Shown: in pieces, positions 1 to 11,000 of the stretch | How positions within the stretch are numbered: the stretch's first letter is position 1 | Layout of the letters: every line of letters begins with the position of its first letter | Virus record (IMG/VR): IMGVR_UViG_3300022074_000015 | Coordinates: 1 to 64,000 of that record | Reading direction: 5' to 3' (one strand) | Length of the DNA stretch: 64,000 nt | Origin: a virus | Program-made: the position numbers and the translations under genes | The notes under the pieces: model-generated | What the model was told of the DNA's origin: nothing | Database searches by the model: none | What the model saw: only the letters and a program-made list of their open reading frames with translations

Positions 1-52
1 GGTAATGTATATTGATCTTACAAAAGAAAGACTAGAAGATCTTTATAATAAT

Positions 53-75
53 GACCTCGACTAGAGGTTTTTTTT
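53..75 (+). terminator. Rho-independent terminator
   Basis: GACCTC-GACTA-GAGGTT stem followed by a T run, overlapping the stop of an upstream partial ORF. Confidence 0.6.
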
Positions 76-130
76 ATATGATTTAAAATAAATAGTAAGG
101 TAGTCACGGGCACCAACCCCCAGGTTTCCC

Positions 131-334
131 ATGTATCGGGAACCGCATTTACAGAGAAAGTCGGATGAATGTGCTGACCTTTGGTTGTGGTGGAAAGAAT
201 TGTGGGATAGAGATCCGAACAGTAAAGAGGCGCAAGACGCAAGACAAAAATGGGGTCAATGTGTAGCAGAATTTGGTAAAATGGTTAGTGAGGAAGTCCG
301 CACAAATACTAGATATCATGGTATAATGAAGTAA
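131..334 (+). CDS. Hypothetical protein (67 aa)
   Basis: ATG ORF collinear with the cluster; TAAATA at 89-94 upstream. Confidence 0.65.
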   Translation: MYREPHLQRKSDECADLWLWWKELWDRDPNSKEAQDARQKWGQCVAEFGKMVSEEVRTNTRYHGIMK

Positions 335-359
335 TATATACTGAAGTTGAGTAAACTAA

Positions 360-683
360 ATGAAGTTCTTTTTCGCACTTCTTGCTACACTTTTTCTTGC
401 TGCACCTGCTTGGGCTGTAGATGTTAAAATGGGTTCTGGTGGAAATCTAGTATTTGAACCGAATGAGATTACAATCTCTGCAGGGGACACGGTTCACTTT
501 ATTAATGAAGCACTACCTCCCCACAATATTATTGTAGAAGGTCGTGCAGATCTCTCTAGAGAAGCACTATTGTTTGCTCCTGGAGAATCACAAGACGTTG
601 TATTTGCTGATGCAGGAGACTATAATTTCTTCTGTGGTCCTCATCAGGGCGCAGGTATGACTGGTACAGTACACGTTAACTAA
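360..683 (+). CDS. petE: Plastocyanin
   Basis: Signal peptide (..APAWA), PHNI His and CGPHQGAGM type-1 copper ligands. Confidence 0.96.
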   Translation: MKFFFALLATLFLAAPAWAVDVKMGSGGNLVFEPNEITISAGDTVHFINEALPPHNIIVEGRADLSREALLFAPGESQDVVFADAGDYNFFCGPHQGAGMTGTVHVN

Positions 684-692
684 ATTTTGATT

Positions 693-983
693 ATGCCATT
701 TTCAATTACTCTAAAGACAACTGATGGTGATCAGACCATCTCTTGTGAAGACGATCAATACGTTTTAGATGCTGCTGAAGAAGCAGGAGTAGATCTTCCA
801 TATTCTTGTCGTGCTGGAGCATGTTCATCCTGTGCTGGGAAAATTATTGAAGGTACATTGGATCAAAGCGAACAATCATTCCTTGATGATGATCAATTAG
901 AAGCAGGATTAGCTTTACTTTGTGTTGCTTATCCAACATCTGATTGTGTTATTGAAACTGAAAAGGAAGAAGAACTATACTGA
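693..983 (+). CDS. petF: Plant-type [2Fe-2S] ferredoxin
   Basis: [13 protein letters not shown]...[10 protein letters not shown] motif; ATG at 693 preferred over the upstream TTG. Confidence 0.97.
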   Translation: MPFSITLKTTDGDQTISCEDDQYVLDAAEEAGVDLPYSCRAGACSSCAGKIIEGTLDQSEQSFLDDDQLEAGLALLCVAYPTSDCVIETEKEEELY

Positions 984-1003
984 TGAAATATACGCATAAT
1001 TAT

Positions 1004-1648
1004 ATGAAAATCTTTTTGGACACCGCAGACACTGAGGTAATTAATGATGCTTATCGAAGTGGATTGGTAGATGGTGTTACTACCAATCCTACACTCATCA
1101 TGAAGAGTGGTCGTAATCCTGAAGAGGTCTATCAGGAAATCAAAGATATTGGCATCACTGATATCAGCATGGAAGTAGTTGGTGATGAGGGTGAAATGTA
1201 TTGTGAAGGCAAGCGCCTTTATGAGAAGTTTGGGGATGTTTGTACAGTCAAGGTTCCTTGCACCCGTGAAGGACTTGCTGTATGTAAGTCTCTTTCTGAT
1301 CAGAACATCAAGGTCAACGTAACTCTTATCTTCAGTGCTGCTCAGGCAGTGCTTGCTGCTAAGGCAGGTGCTACTTATGTTTCACCTTTCGTTGGTCGTC
1401 TTGATGACCAGTCTATTGCTGGTCTTGAGGTTGTGCGCTCTATCTCTGAACTCTATCGTATCCATGGAGTGAGAACTCAGGTTCTTGCTGCTTCTATCCG
1501 AAGTGTTCAACGTGCTGTTCGCTCTTGGTATAATGGTGCTGAGATCTGCACTATGCCACCAAAAGTATTTGATCAAATGTATGATCATATTTTGACTGAT
1601 AAAGGACTTGAAATTTTTGATAAAGATTGGGCAGCAGTAGTTAGATAA
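1004..1648 (+). CDS. talC: Transaldolase (TalC/FSA type)
   Basis: MKIFLDTAD, GVTTNPTL, VKVP Schiff-base Lys, YVSPFVGRLDD; alternative start at 983. Confidence 0.96.
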   Translation: MKIFLDTADTEVINDAYRSGLVDGVTTNPTLIMKSGRNPEEVYQEIKDIGITDISMEVVGDEGEMYCEGKRLYEKFGDVCTVKVPCTREGLAVCKSLSDQNIKVNVTLIFSAAQAVLAAKAGATYVSPFVGRLDDQSIAGLEVVRSISELYRIHGVRTQVLAASIRSVQRAVRSWYNGAEICTMPPKVFDQMYDHILTDKGLEIFDKDWAAVVR

Positions 1649-1651
1649 CCC

Positions 1652-1680
1652 TTTACATACCCCCACTTTGGGGGTATAAT
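1652..1680 (+). promoter_or_regulatory. Sigma70-type early promoter
   Basis: TTTACA-N17-TATAAT, with a 9-bp inverted repeat spanning the spacer. Confidence 0.75.
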
Positions 1681-1702
1681 GGTATTAACTTGATTTAATT
1701 CA

Positions 1703-2053
1703 ATGCTTGGAAATCTTGAACCTGAAGAATCTGTAATGAGCGATGATGTTATTGCCTCTCGTAAGGCAGCAGCAGTCATGAAAACTGTTTCAGGCAAATT
1801 ATCTGATGTTATTGCTGCTTTAGGATGGGATTGTTATGATGATGTCACCGTAGAAATTAGTGGCACTCAGGTTTCTGGTATTCATCAACCTGAAAATTAC
1901 AATAAAAAATGGGCAGCACCTTATGGTACTCGCAAGTACAATAAAGATGCCTTCATCGTTATCAAGAATCGGGATCGTAATCCTACCGTTTCCTCTCAAC
2001 CTTTTACCGAGAGTGAATTCAAACTTGCTCATCCTTATGAGGATAAAAAATGA
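1703..2053 (+). CDS. Cyanophage hypothetical protein
   Basis: 116 aa ORF downstream of the promoter; ATGA overlap with next gene. Confidence 0.75.
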   Translation: MLGNLEPEESVMSDDVIASRKAAAVMKTVSGKLSDVIAALGWDCYDDVTVEISGTQVSGIHQPENYNKKWAAPYGTRKYNKDAFIVIKNRDRNPTVSSQPFTESEFKLAHPYEDKK

Positions 2054-2337
2054 ACGGATACTATTCTGTATTCAATCCAGATGGTAACAAAATTGCAGAC
2101 TGTGGTGCTGAGAGAGATGCCCTCTTCCTCATACACAGTAGAAATAGAAGTTGGGATGGACACTACTATACTTTCAACCCATTACCCGGTGATATTATTG
2201 ATGTCAATCAACCCAGAAAATTTGAACCATATGTACCAGTAGTATCAATCGCTGATGACATCGTTGTAAATGTGGATGAATATCAAAGTCAACCAGTTTT
2301 AGAGCAAAGCGATGCCGAAGTTTTCATACCCGACTGA
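2050..2337 (+). CDS. Hypothetical protein
   Basis: 95 aa ORF, GAGG RBS, translationally coupled. Confidence 0.7.
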   Translation: MNGYYSVFNPDGNKIADCGAERDALFLIHSRNRSWDGHYYTFNPLPGDIIDVNQPRKFEPYVPVVSIADDIVVNVDEYQSQPVLEQSDAEVFIPD

Positions 2338-2515
2338 TCCTCCGGACTCAAAATGTCCCTATTGCGGTCAAACTCAAAGGGCATGTTCTCATGTTGATAG
2401 ACTAACAAGAGCATGGGCAAGAGGTGCTTGTCGATACAAATATACATCAAAAACAAAAGAAGTTATACAAGATTTACAATCTTCCTTTAAAGAGTGGTCT
2501 GAGAATAATAAATAA
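2312..2515 (+). CDS. Small Cys-rich hypothetical protein (possible zinc finger)
   Basis: CPYC...CSH...AC pattern. Confidence 0.6.
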   Translation: MPKFSYPTDPPDSKCPYCGQTQRACSHVDRLTRAWARGACRYKYTSKTKEVIQDLQSSFKEWSENNK

Positions 2516-2535
2516 TTTTCAGGACGCAATCTTTT

Positions 2536-2907
2536 ATGCCTCTCTACAATTCCCCGCAAGCCTATGTCTTTAACCTCCAAACTACAAGTTCCGCCGAAGC
2601 AAAAAGGTTATGGAGGCAAAAGATAAAGGAAAGTTGGGATTATAGATGTGCCTATTGTGGGGATGATAATAACCTTACGATAGATCACATCCAACCACGT
2701 TCAAAGGGAGGCACAGACTTCACGAAGAATTGTCTGTGTGCTTGTCACAAATGTAATCAGGACAAAGGTCATACTCCTTGGGAAGATTGGTATCTTTCTC
2801 AGGAGTTTTTTAGTATTCAGCGTTATGAAAAAATCAAGGATTGGATGAAACCTGAAAAATCTTCTAACCTTTACACTTACCGCCAAAGACGGAATAATGC
2901 GAGTTGA
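2536..2907 (+). CDS. HNH endonuclease
   Basis: CAYC...TIDHIQPRSKGG...NCLCACHKCNQDKG. Confidence 0.9.
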   Translation: MPLYNSPQAYVFNLQTTSSAEAKRLWRQKIKESWDYRCAYCGDDNNLTIDHIQPRSKGGTDFTKNCLCACHKCNQDKGHTPWEDWYLSQEFFSIQRYEKIKDWMKPEKSSNLYTYRQRRNNAS

Positions 2908-2918
2908 ATAAATAAATG

Positions 2919-2942
2919 ATAGCAGTATATACTGCTATTTTT
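2919..2942 (+). terminator. Perfect 20-bp palindrome plus T run at the early/late boundary
   Basis: ATAGCAGTAT-ATACTGCTAT followed by TTTT. Confidence 0.55.
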
Positions 2943-2964
2943 GGTAAATACCGAATGTGTATAC

Positions 2965-4818
2965 ATGGCGACACCTTTTAGGTTAAAAAGATCTGCTGTG
3001 TCTGGTAAACGACCAGAACTGACAGATTTACAGCTAGGGGAACTGGCGATAAATTTTAATGACGGTCATTTGTATGCTGAGAGAGACACTCAAGGTGTCG
3101 GCATAGGAACAACCGTGGCACTCTTAACTCCATGGAAAGAGAATTATGGAGGAGGATCGATTGAATATACGGGAGTAGTTACAGCAAACTCATACCATGG
3201 TAATCAAGTGATTGGAACTCCTGCTGGTGGATTTAAGGATGGAGCCTTTGAGATATTCACTACAGATCACACGAAAGATTCAATTAACGAACTTAACTTT
3301 ATATTGGGTAAGTTAGTTCCTGCGGCACCTGATACTGTAAATAGTTTAACACTATCATTAACAGGAACTGCTGGTAATGGTAGACTGTGCCAAGGATTTT
3401 CTCCAACTAATAATACTGGTGGAGCACTAACACCTTCAGCAGGAACACAGTATACAAGAAATACTGATAGCACGATTACATCAAATTACATTGATGATAT
3501 TGGTCCTGGAGATAATGGAACAGTAGAGGGATTTGTAAATGGTGTTAGTGTTGGTAGTATAACTCTTGATACTAATATCAATAATGGCACTAACGGTGCG
3601 CTTCAAGTTGCTGATAATAAGGACGCATCAGAGTCAAACAGAAATACTGGTATAACATCACAATTTTATCAGGTTTATGATGTAAGATTAATCAATGCGG
3701 CTTCTCCTGATGGATTTAATAAAGGACAAATTACTCATGGTGCTGCAGCATCTAACAATGCTTTTTGGTATGAGGATCCAAGCACAGTTGGATCACCAGT
3801 AATTTCCTTTGGCGCGGTAACACCACCAAGCAGTCCTACTCTTAACTATTCATCTGGTGTTCCTCATTATACTCAGGCGTCTAATAATAATTTCCAATAT
3901 ACTGTAACAGTCACCAATGCCTCTGGTGACATGTATACTCAGAATAAGTTATTGAATTCTGATGGACAAACTAGTGGTTTTCAGAATCCAGGTCATAAAA
4001 ACTACGATGCCTTTGTTGGTGGAACTTTACCTCCAGCAAGAAACTTTGGTGTCGGTACCGGTGCTGATGTAAACATTTCTCAGATACCAAGAGATTTACA
4101 TCTTACACTTACCTCAAGTCATTTCACAAGATTCGATGCTTTAACTCCATATGGTTCTCATAATAATCAGAGACTGAGTTATAGTACAGACATCAATATC
4201 ATGGGCACAACTGCCCGCACAAATGCTATTGATGAAGATAATATTCTTGTTTCTTCACTTGGAACTGGATCTGGTAACGCTACTAGGGTAAACGCTGGAT
4301 CTTCGGGTGATAATCCAACTCCAGTTTTCACTGCTTGGAATGCTAGTTCTTCTGTTGCTTCTTATGAAGCAGTTGTTAGGGGGGCAAGATTGAGACATGA
4401 CCAGACTGATTACTCTTCTGGATATCTTCCTATTGGACCTGATTATTCTTCAGGTAGATCTGGAACACAATACTTCCAGATTGAATTAATTAGATCCAAT
4501 GTGTCTGAATTTAGAATTACCTATAGTGGAAATGCTGCTGGATGTTTCATTTGTATGCCTGATAATTCAGCATGGACATCATCACTCTCTGGCACTAACG
4601 GTTGGGCGGATATGTTCCAAGCATATAGAGGAGCAGGTATTCCAACATCAGCAGAACCGGGGGCATCTTCTGGTGGGTTGATGACTAGTAATGGTGGCAC
4701 AACTACTTGTGTGTTTGGAACCGAATCATCGTCTAATGACAGTAATAATAGAATCCTGATTAGATGGAAATTGACTTCCGGTCAGTCAATTACGTCCATG
4801 TCATTCTCCGCTACATAA
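2965..4818 (+). CDS. Virion structural / tail-fibre-associated protein
   Basis: N-terminal FRLKRS...LQLGELAINFNDGHLY fibre-attachment-like motif; G/S/T/N rich; ATG at 2965. Confidence 0.7.
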   Translation: MATPFRLKRSAVSGKRPELTDLQLGELAINFNDGHLYAERDTQGVGIGTTVALLTPWKENYGGGSIEYTGVVTANSYHGNQVIGTPAGGFKDGAFEIFTTDHTKDSINELNFILGKLVPAAPDTVNSLTLSLTGTAGNGRLCQGFSPTNNTGGALTPSAGTQYTRNTDSTITSNYIDDIGPGDNGTVEGFVNGVSVGSITLDTNINNGTNGALQVADNKDASESNRNTGITSQFYQVYDVRLINAASPDGFNKGQITHGAAASNNAFWYEDPSTVGSPVISFGAVTPPSSPTLNYSSGVPHYTQASNNNFQYTVTVTNASGDMYTQNKLLNSDGQTSGFQNPGHKNYDAFVGGTLPPARNFGVGTGADVNISQIPRDLHLTLTSSHFTRFDALTPYGSHNNQRLSYSTDINIMGTTARTNAIDEDNILVSSLGTGSGNATRVNAGSSGDNPTPVFTAWNASSSVASYEAVVRGARLRHDQTDYSSGYLPIGPDYSSGRSGTQYFQIELIRSNVSEFRITYSGNAAGCFICMPDNSAWTSSLSGTNGWADMFQAYRGAGIPTSAEPGASSGGLMTSNGGTTTCVFGTESSSNDSNNRILIRWKLTSGQSITSMSFSAT

Positions 4819-4838
4819 GATATCAGAGGTAAAAAATA

Positions 4839-7724
4839 GTGGCAGCATCACAAGAACAAAAGGTAGATTATCTATTAAAGAAACTTGGCTACAGTGCCTC
4901 AAAAACTGGTATTGCTGAGGATGAGAATAGTCTTGTAGGAACTAAAAAGGCACCCTTTGCCGAACCAATTCCTTCACCCCTGGTTGTTTCTTCTATAAAT
5001 GTTTGGACTTTTTCAGACAAAATTCCAACAGATCCTAGCACAGCAGATCCTTATTATGTAAGATCTTATCTTGCTGTTGATTCCGGTCTTCAACTTACTC
5101 CAGATAATACTGTTGCTGACAATAGAACTTTTCTTTGTCGCTCAGTACAAGGCGATAACACAAGTCCTATGCTTGGGGACTGGATTGATACCGCTTTTGG
5201 TCCAGATTATATTGTTGAGGTATATAGAGGAGACCCTAATTCTGGTGGCGTAAAATTATCTGCTGCTGGTTCAGGATCTAATGACACCTGGTTCTTTGAT
5301 TATTCTTCGGGTGTTCTTAATTTTAATGGAACTGTAGTTCCTGCTGGAGTTACAGCAAGTAATATCTATCTCGTTGGTTACCGATATATTGGTCCAAAGG
5401 GTATAGGTGATAGTCAAATAAGCAATGTTTTTTATGTCACGAAAGACGGAAGAGACGAAAACTCAGGTCTCAGAATCGCAGATTCAAAAGCAACAATCAA
5501 ATCAGCAGTCTCAATCGCGTCAACACTCCCAGGATCAATTGTTAAAGTTTCTGCTGGAACTTATGTAGAAAATAATCCAATTAAGATTGGACCTCAGGTT
5601 AGTATTGTTGGAGACAGTCTTAGAGAGGTTACTGTAATTCCTCAGAATGCAAACCAAGATTTATTTCATGTAGCACCTGGAGATCTTATCAGTGATATGT
5701 CGTTCACAGGAACGATGGATCTTGGTAAAGCAGTAACAGCATTTGATCCTGATGTAATCAGATACTCAGGTCAGTCTCCTTATCTCTTGAACTGCACTAA
5801 CTTCATTACTAATAGTATTGGAATGAAGATTGATGGTGATCATGTTATTGGACCTTTTAAGAGTTTTGTTTGTGATTCTTTCACACAATATAATCAAAAT
5901 GGTATAGGTTGTTCCATTACAAATAAAGGGTACGCACAGATTGTTTCTATGTTCACTATTAATAGTGATATGGGAATTTTCTGTGGCACTGGTGGACAGT
6001 GTGATGTTACGAACTCTAACTCATCATTTGGTAATTTTGGATTAGTTGCTGACGGTACTAGTCCTCTCAGTTTTACAGGAACTATAAACGCAGCATCCGC
6101 AGTAAATGCTGACACATTTGAAATAGAACTTGATGCACCAAATCTCACTGTAAATGATGCAGTGTATGATAATATATCTGGACTTACAACAATCACTACC
6201 AACATCGATCATAACTTTAAAGTTGGTATGGATGTTACATTAGAAAGATTGGTATTCAGTTGTGATTCTTACGGCAACTATCCTCATACTTTCTCTAGTG
6301 CAGTTACTAATGGCGTATCAATAACTGGTGGTTCACAAATCACCCCAACTGATGCCACGTATAATCCTCTATCAGGTGAGATGGTTGTAACCAGAGCATC
6401 TCATGGATTGACTGCTTCAACCACTAAAACAGCATCTGGTGCGTCATACGATCCTAATACTGGACTTCTAACAGTTACTAGTAATGGACATGGAATAGCA
6501 AATGGTACATACATCAAGTTTGAATTAAATTCATTTACATTTACATGTGGTCAGGATGGAAATGCTACTAATCATCCTTACCCTAGAGAATCTGATCCAG
6601 TATTTAATAAGTGGATTCAGGTAAGTAATTCTCAGACAAATACCTTTGATGTAAATGTAGGCACTTCAGAAAATACTTCGGTTCACAATTTTGTCTCTGC
6701 TACTAATAATGGAATTCAAGTAGCATCTAGTAGTGTTGGATTTGCAACTGGTGCTATATGCTTCACTTGTGCTCAAGATAATTATCAATCTGTAAAGTGT
6801 TATCCAAGAACAACTGATCCTGCACATAACTCGGTGATTGGTATTGAATCTGTTACTCAGGACACTTTCACAGTTAATATTGGTGTATCAACCACTGGTA
6901 AATTTCCAGATAATAATGGTAGAGTATTTACTGTCAAGTCTGTTCCTTCTTCAAAAGTATTTACAGTTCATGTAGGACCAAATAGATTCGAGCACACTTA
7001 TGTTAGTGGTGGAAAATCTAGACTCAATCTTATTAGACCTTATGATGGGCAGGTTGTATATTTTGATGAGTTATACAATACAGTTGGAAAGATAACAATT
7101 ACTAATGCTGGTAGCGGATATAACTCTACACCAACAATTACAATTGGTACTCCTTCAGAAACATGGGGTATTACTGCTACCGCTGTCCCTACAGTTACGA
7201 ATGGATTTGTAACTGATGTTGAACTCTTATCAAGTGGTCGTGGATATGAAACTACACCAACTATTACATTTTCCACTCCTGATGTCGGAATAAATACAGC
7301 AACAGCTACAATAGAATTACTACCAACATATTACGCAATTAAAGAGTCTACTCCAATTTCTGCTGGTATTTGTACGGTTACTTTTAATAATAATCTACCA
7401 TATTCAGTAGGAATTGGAACTACAGTCCCTTTCTTCAAACAAAGCAGAGTGCTTGCCTCTTCACATTCATTTGAATATATTGGTTCTGGAGTTGATCCAA
7501 TAACATCATTACCATCCCGTGGTGGCGTTGCTATACAAGAGAATGAAGTTGATAATCGTAATGGTGGATTAGTAATCTATACCAGCACAGACCAAGGAGG
7601 TAACTTCAGAATCGGTGAGGGTGTTGTGATTGACCAAATTACTGGAACTATCTCCGGTAATTTCTATTCCAAGAGTTTATTTGCAAACGTCACACCATTA
7701 ATTCTAGCATTAGGAGGAGAATAA
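4839..7724 (+). CDS. Large virion structural protein (baseplate/tail-fibre associated)
   Basis: 961 aa; FYVTKDGRDENSG...KATIK motif, repeated ~95 aa FTC..D....HxYPR modules, GSGY...PTITI repeats, C-terminal PLILALGG. Confidence 0.7.
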   Translation: MAASQEQKVDYLLKKLGYSASKTGIAEDENSLVGTKKAPFAEPIPSPLVVSSINVWTFSDKIPTDPSTADPYYVRSYLAVDSGLQLTPDNTVADNRTFLCRSVQGDNTSPMLGDWIDTAFGPDYIVEVYRGDPNSGGVKLSAAGSGSNDTWFFDYSSGVLNFNGTVVPAGVTASNIYLVGYRYIGPKGIGDSQISNVFYVTKDGRDENSGLRIADSKATIKSAVSIASTLPGSIVKVSAGTYVENNPIKIGPQVSIVGDSLREVTVIPQNANQDLFHVAPGDLISDMSFTGTMDLGKAVTAFDPDVIRYSGQSPYLLNCTNFITNSIGMKIDGDHVIGPFKSFVCDSFTQYNQNGIGCSITNKGYAQIVSMFTINSDMGIFCGTGGQCDVTNSNSSFGNFGLVADGTSPLSFTGTINAASAVNADTFEIELDAPNLTVNDAVYDNISGLTTITTNIDHNFKVGMDVTLERLVFSCDSYGNYPHTFSSAVTNGVSITGGSQITPTDATYNPLSGEMVVTRASHGLTASTTKTASGASYDPNTGLLTVTSNGHGIANGTYIKFELNSFTFTCGQDGNATNHPYPRESDPVFNKWIQVSNSQTNTFDVNVGTSENTSVHNFVSATNNGIQVASSSVGFATGAICFTCAQDNYQSVKCYPRTTDPAHNSVIGIESVTQDTFTVNIGVSTTGKFPDNNGRVFTVKSVPSSKVFTVHVGPNRFEHTYVSGGKSRLNLIRPYDGQVVYFDELYNTVGKITITNAGSGYNSTPTITIGTPSETWGITATAVPTVTNGFVTDVELLSSGRGYETTPTITFSTPDVGINTATATIELLPTYYAIKESTPISAGICTVTFNNNLPYSVGIGTTVPFFKQSRVLASSHSFEYIGSGVDPITSLPSRGGVAIQENEVDNRNGGLVIYTSTDQGGNFRIGEGVVIDQITGTISGNFYSKSLFANVTPLILALGGE

Positions 7725-7728
7725 GAAA

Positions 7729-8058
7729 GTGGCTTTACCGTTAAATGTATTTAAAACCGTTAATGAAATCGCTTCAACTAGCGCGACTGAAATCTATACT
7801 GCTCCTGTAGGATACACTGGTGTTGTTTTGATGGCGCAAGCAGCGAACGTTGATTCTACAACATATACTATTACTTTTGCCCACAAGAGAGGTGCTACGG
7901 TAACTGAGTTGTTAAAATCTACACCTATACCAGGTAATGATTCTTTGTCATTGGTAACTGGTAGACTTGTTCTTGAGTCTGGTGATAAGATTGTATTATC
8001 ATCAAATGATTCAAGTAATATAAAAGTTACTATCAGCATCTTAGAAACATTAAACTAA
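7729..8058 (+). CDS. Small beta-rich virion adaptor protein
   Basis: 109 aa paralogue of 18319..18645 (LVLESGDKI vs VVLETGDTL). Confidence 0.7.
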   Translation: MALPLNVFKTVNEIASTSATEIYTAPVGYTGVVLMAQAANVDSTTYTITFAHKRGATVTELLKSTPIPGNDSLSLVTGRLVLESGDKIVLSSNDSSNIKVTISILETLN

Positions 8059-8072
8059 TATAACTTATAGAA

Positions 8073-11000
8073 ATGTCCAAGTTCCTTAGCGGCAGACAAT
8101 CCAATCTTAAACTGGGTGTAGATGGTTACACTAATAGTAAAACAGTTCTTGAAACAACTGGTAGAGTTGCTATTGGAGCTACGGACGCTCAATCATATTC
8201 TTTATTTGTTGTAGGTGATACAAGCGTACAAAATATTCGTATTACCAGTGGTATTAGCACTGATGGTGTTGATTATGGTGAGACTTTTCAGTTACTAAGA
8301 GCTACTGGTTCTGGAACTTGGGAATGGGCAACTGTTTCTGGATTATTCACTGCGAACAACATTCTTAATGGATTCACTGTAAGAGAAGAAGGAACTGTTG
8401 TTGGTACTGCTGCAAGTATAATTCAACTTGATTTCCGTGGTGGCAACATCATTGCTGCTGCTGATCCACAACCAAGTGCAGGTATTGCCACAATTACAAT
8501 GTCGGACTCTCCGACATTTGATAATCTTTTAGTAACTGGGATATCATCTGTTGGAACTGGCATTACAATGTATGCCTCTTCAGGCATCATAAGTGCTACT
8601 AAGTTCTTTGGAGATGGTAGTGATTTAGATAATACTGGTGCTACTCTAAATCCTGCTTCCGGTACGCAGAGACTTGTTTTAACAAGTTTAACTAGCGGTA
8701 CAATGATCGATGCCGCAACTGATTCGGAACTTACTTATGATTCTTCGACTGATACATTAATTGTATCAAATATTGATGTCGACGATCTGGCAGAATTTGA
8801 TGATGTAAATGTCGGTTTTGCTCTAACTGTTGCTGGTGCTGTAGATTTTAATGGTAATCTTGATGTTGATGGAATAACTGAATTAGATGATGTTAATGTA
8901 GATGGCACTTTAACAGTTAATGGTGTAGCAGATTTAAATGGTAATCTTGATGTCGATGGTCAAACAGATTTAGATCACCTTTCAGTTACTGGTGTATCTA
9001 CTTTTACTAATACTGTTGCTGTTAATGCTCTCCTCAATGCCAATTCTAATGTTGACATTTCTGGAAATCTTGATGTTGACGGAACAACTGAACTTGACGG
9101 ATTAAATGTTGACGGTAATACTACACTTGATACTGCTACAGTAGGTCAATTAACTGTTAGTGGATTAACAGATCTCAACGGCAATCTTGATGTCGATGGT
9201 CAAACAGATTTAGATCACCTTTCAGTTACTGGTGTATCTACTTTTTCCAATAACATTGATGCTAATGGTGATTTAGATGTTGATGGTCACACTGAACTTG
9301 ATAATTTAAATGTATCAGGTGTATCTACGTTCGCTAGTGCTGTAAATTTAAATGGTGGATTAGATGTTAGTGGTCATACTGAACTTGACTCTGTAAACGT
9401 ATCTGGTGTAGTTACCGCAACTGAATTCCATACTGGTGCTGAAGCATCTGCTATAAGAATTGATTCTTCTACCATTTCTGGACCTTCAGTTATAAACATT
9501 GACCCAGCTGGTATTGGAAACAATACTGGTAAAGTTGTTATCAAAGGTGATTTCCAGGTAACTGGAACTGAAACAATTGTTGATTCGACAACAGTAACTA
9601 TTAATGATAAAAATATTGTTGTTGCTGACGGATCTGCTGATGATACTCAAGCAGACGGTGGTGGTATTACAATTGAATCTGGAGATGGTAATAAGACTTT
9701 CCAGTTTGAAGCAACCGGTGATAATTTAGGTTCATCAGAGCATCTAAATCTTGCTTCTGGTAAGAGATATAAGATTAATAATATCGGTGTTCTTTCTGCT
9801 AATGGACTTGGTAGTGGTGTTGTTAATTCTTCGCTGACTTCTGTTGGAACTCTTAATCAACTTAATGTTTCCGGAATTTCTACTTTCGGAAACTTTGTAG
9901 ATATAAATGGTGGTTTAGATGTTGATGGTCATACTGATCTTGATAACTTAAGTGTTGCTGGAGTTTCTACCTTTGCGAGTCTTGTTGATATTGATGGTGG
10001 TGGTAGAGCGAATACTTTCATTGTAGAAGATTTAACAGACAACAGGATTGTTTTAGCAGGATCTGGTGGTGAACTTGAAGATGATGCTAACTTAACATTT
10101 AATGGATCTCAACTTGCTGTTGGATCAGCAATCACTGCCTACGTCGCTTCCGGTATTGTAAGTGCTACTGCTTTCTATGGTGATGGTAGTAACTTAGATA
10201 ATACTGGTGCCACACTAAACGCTGCTACTGGCACTCAAAGACTCGTTGTCACTAGTCTCACTAGTGGAACCATGGTTGATGCTGCCACTGATGCAGATCT
10301 ATCTTTTAACTCTACTGACAATACTTTAAACACATATAATATAAAAGTTTCTGGTGGTATTAGTACAGATGGTGCTGATTTTGGTCAGGATGGTCAATTA
10401 CTTAGAGCTATTTCTGGTGGGAAGTGGACTTGGGCATTTGTTCCTGGAATCTTCTCAGTTAATAATATCCTGAACGGTTTCAATGTTTTAGAAGAAGGAA
10501 CTACCGTTGGAACTGCTGGTAGTATTCAAACTCTTGATTTCCGTGGTGGTAACATCATTGCTGCTGCTGATTCACAACCAAATGGTATCGCAACAATAAC
10601 AGTTTCTGATACTCCTACATTTGATAGTTTAACTGTAACTGGTCAGACTGACTTACAATCATTAAATGTTACTGGTGTATCTACATTTGGTTCAAGTTCA
10701 GTTACTATTGATGGTAATTCTGATTTAATTAATGTAGGAACTGCTCTTACCTTAGGTCATTCTCAGGGTTTACAATATCACTCTCAAAATTTACATAGAG
10801 ATGGATTTGATGTAAATCAGATTAACGCTTCCGGGATCGTAACTGCTCTTGAATTCCATGGTGATGGTTCAAAACTGACTGGAATTGCTGTAACTGATCA
10901 TGTTAGAACTGATTCGTTAGAAGTAGTTGGTGTTACCACATTTTTAGATAATATTCATGTTGGTAGTGCTATTACAATGTATGCCGCAACAGGCATCATC

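Noticed and set aside
2-64. C-terminal fragment of an upstream gene (...YIDLTKERLEDLYNNDLD)
   Set aside because: Too short to assign a product.
123-144. Hairpin GGTTTCCC-ATGTATC-GGGAACC around the start of the 67-aa ORF, resembling the riboswitch P2
   Set aside because: Lacks the CGTTCA, CGCA and GGAACG cores; at most a local translational hairpin.
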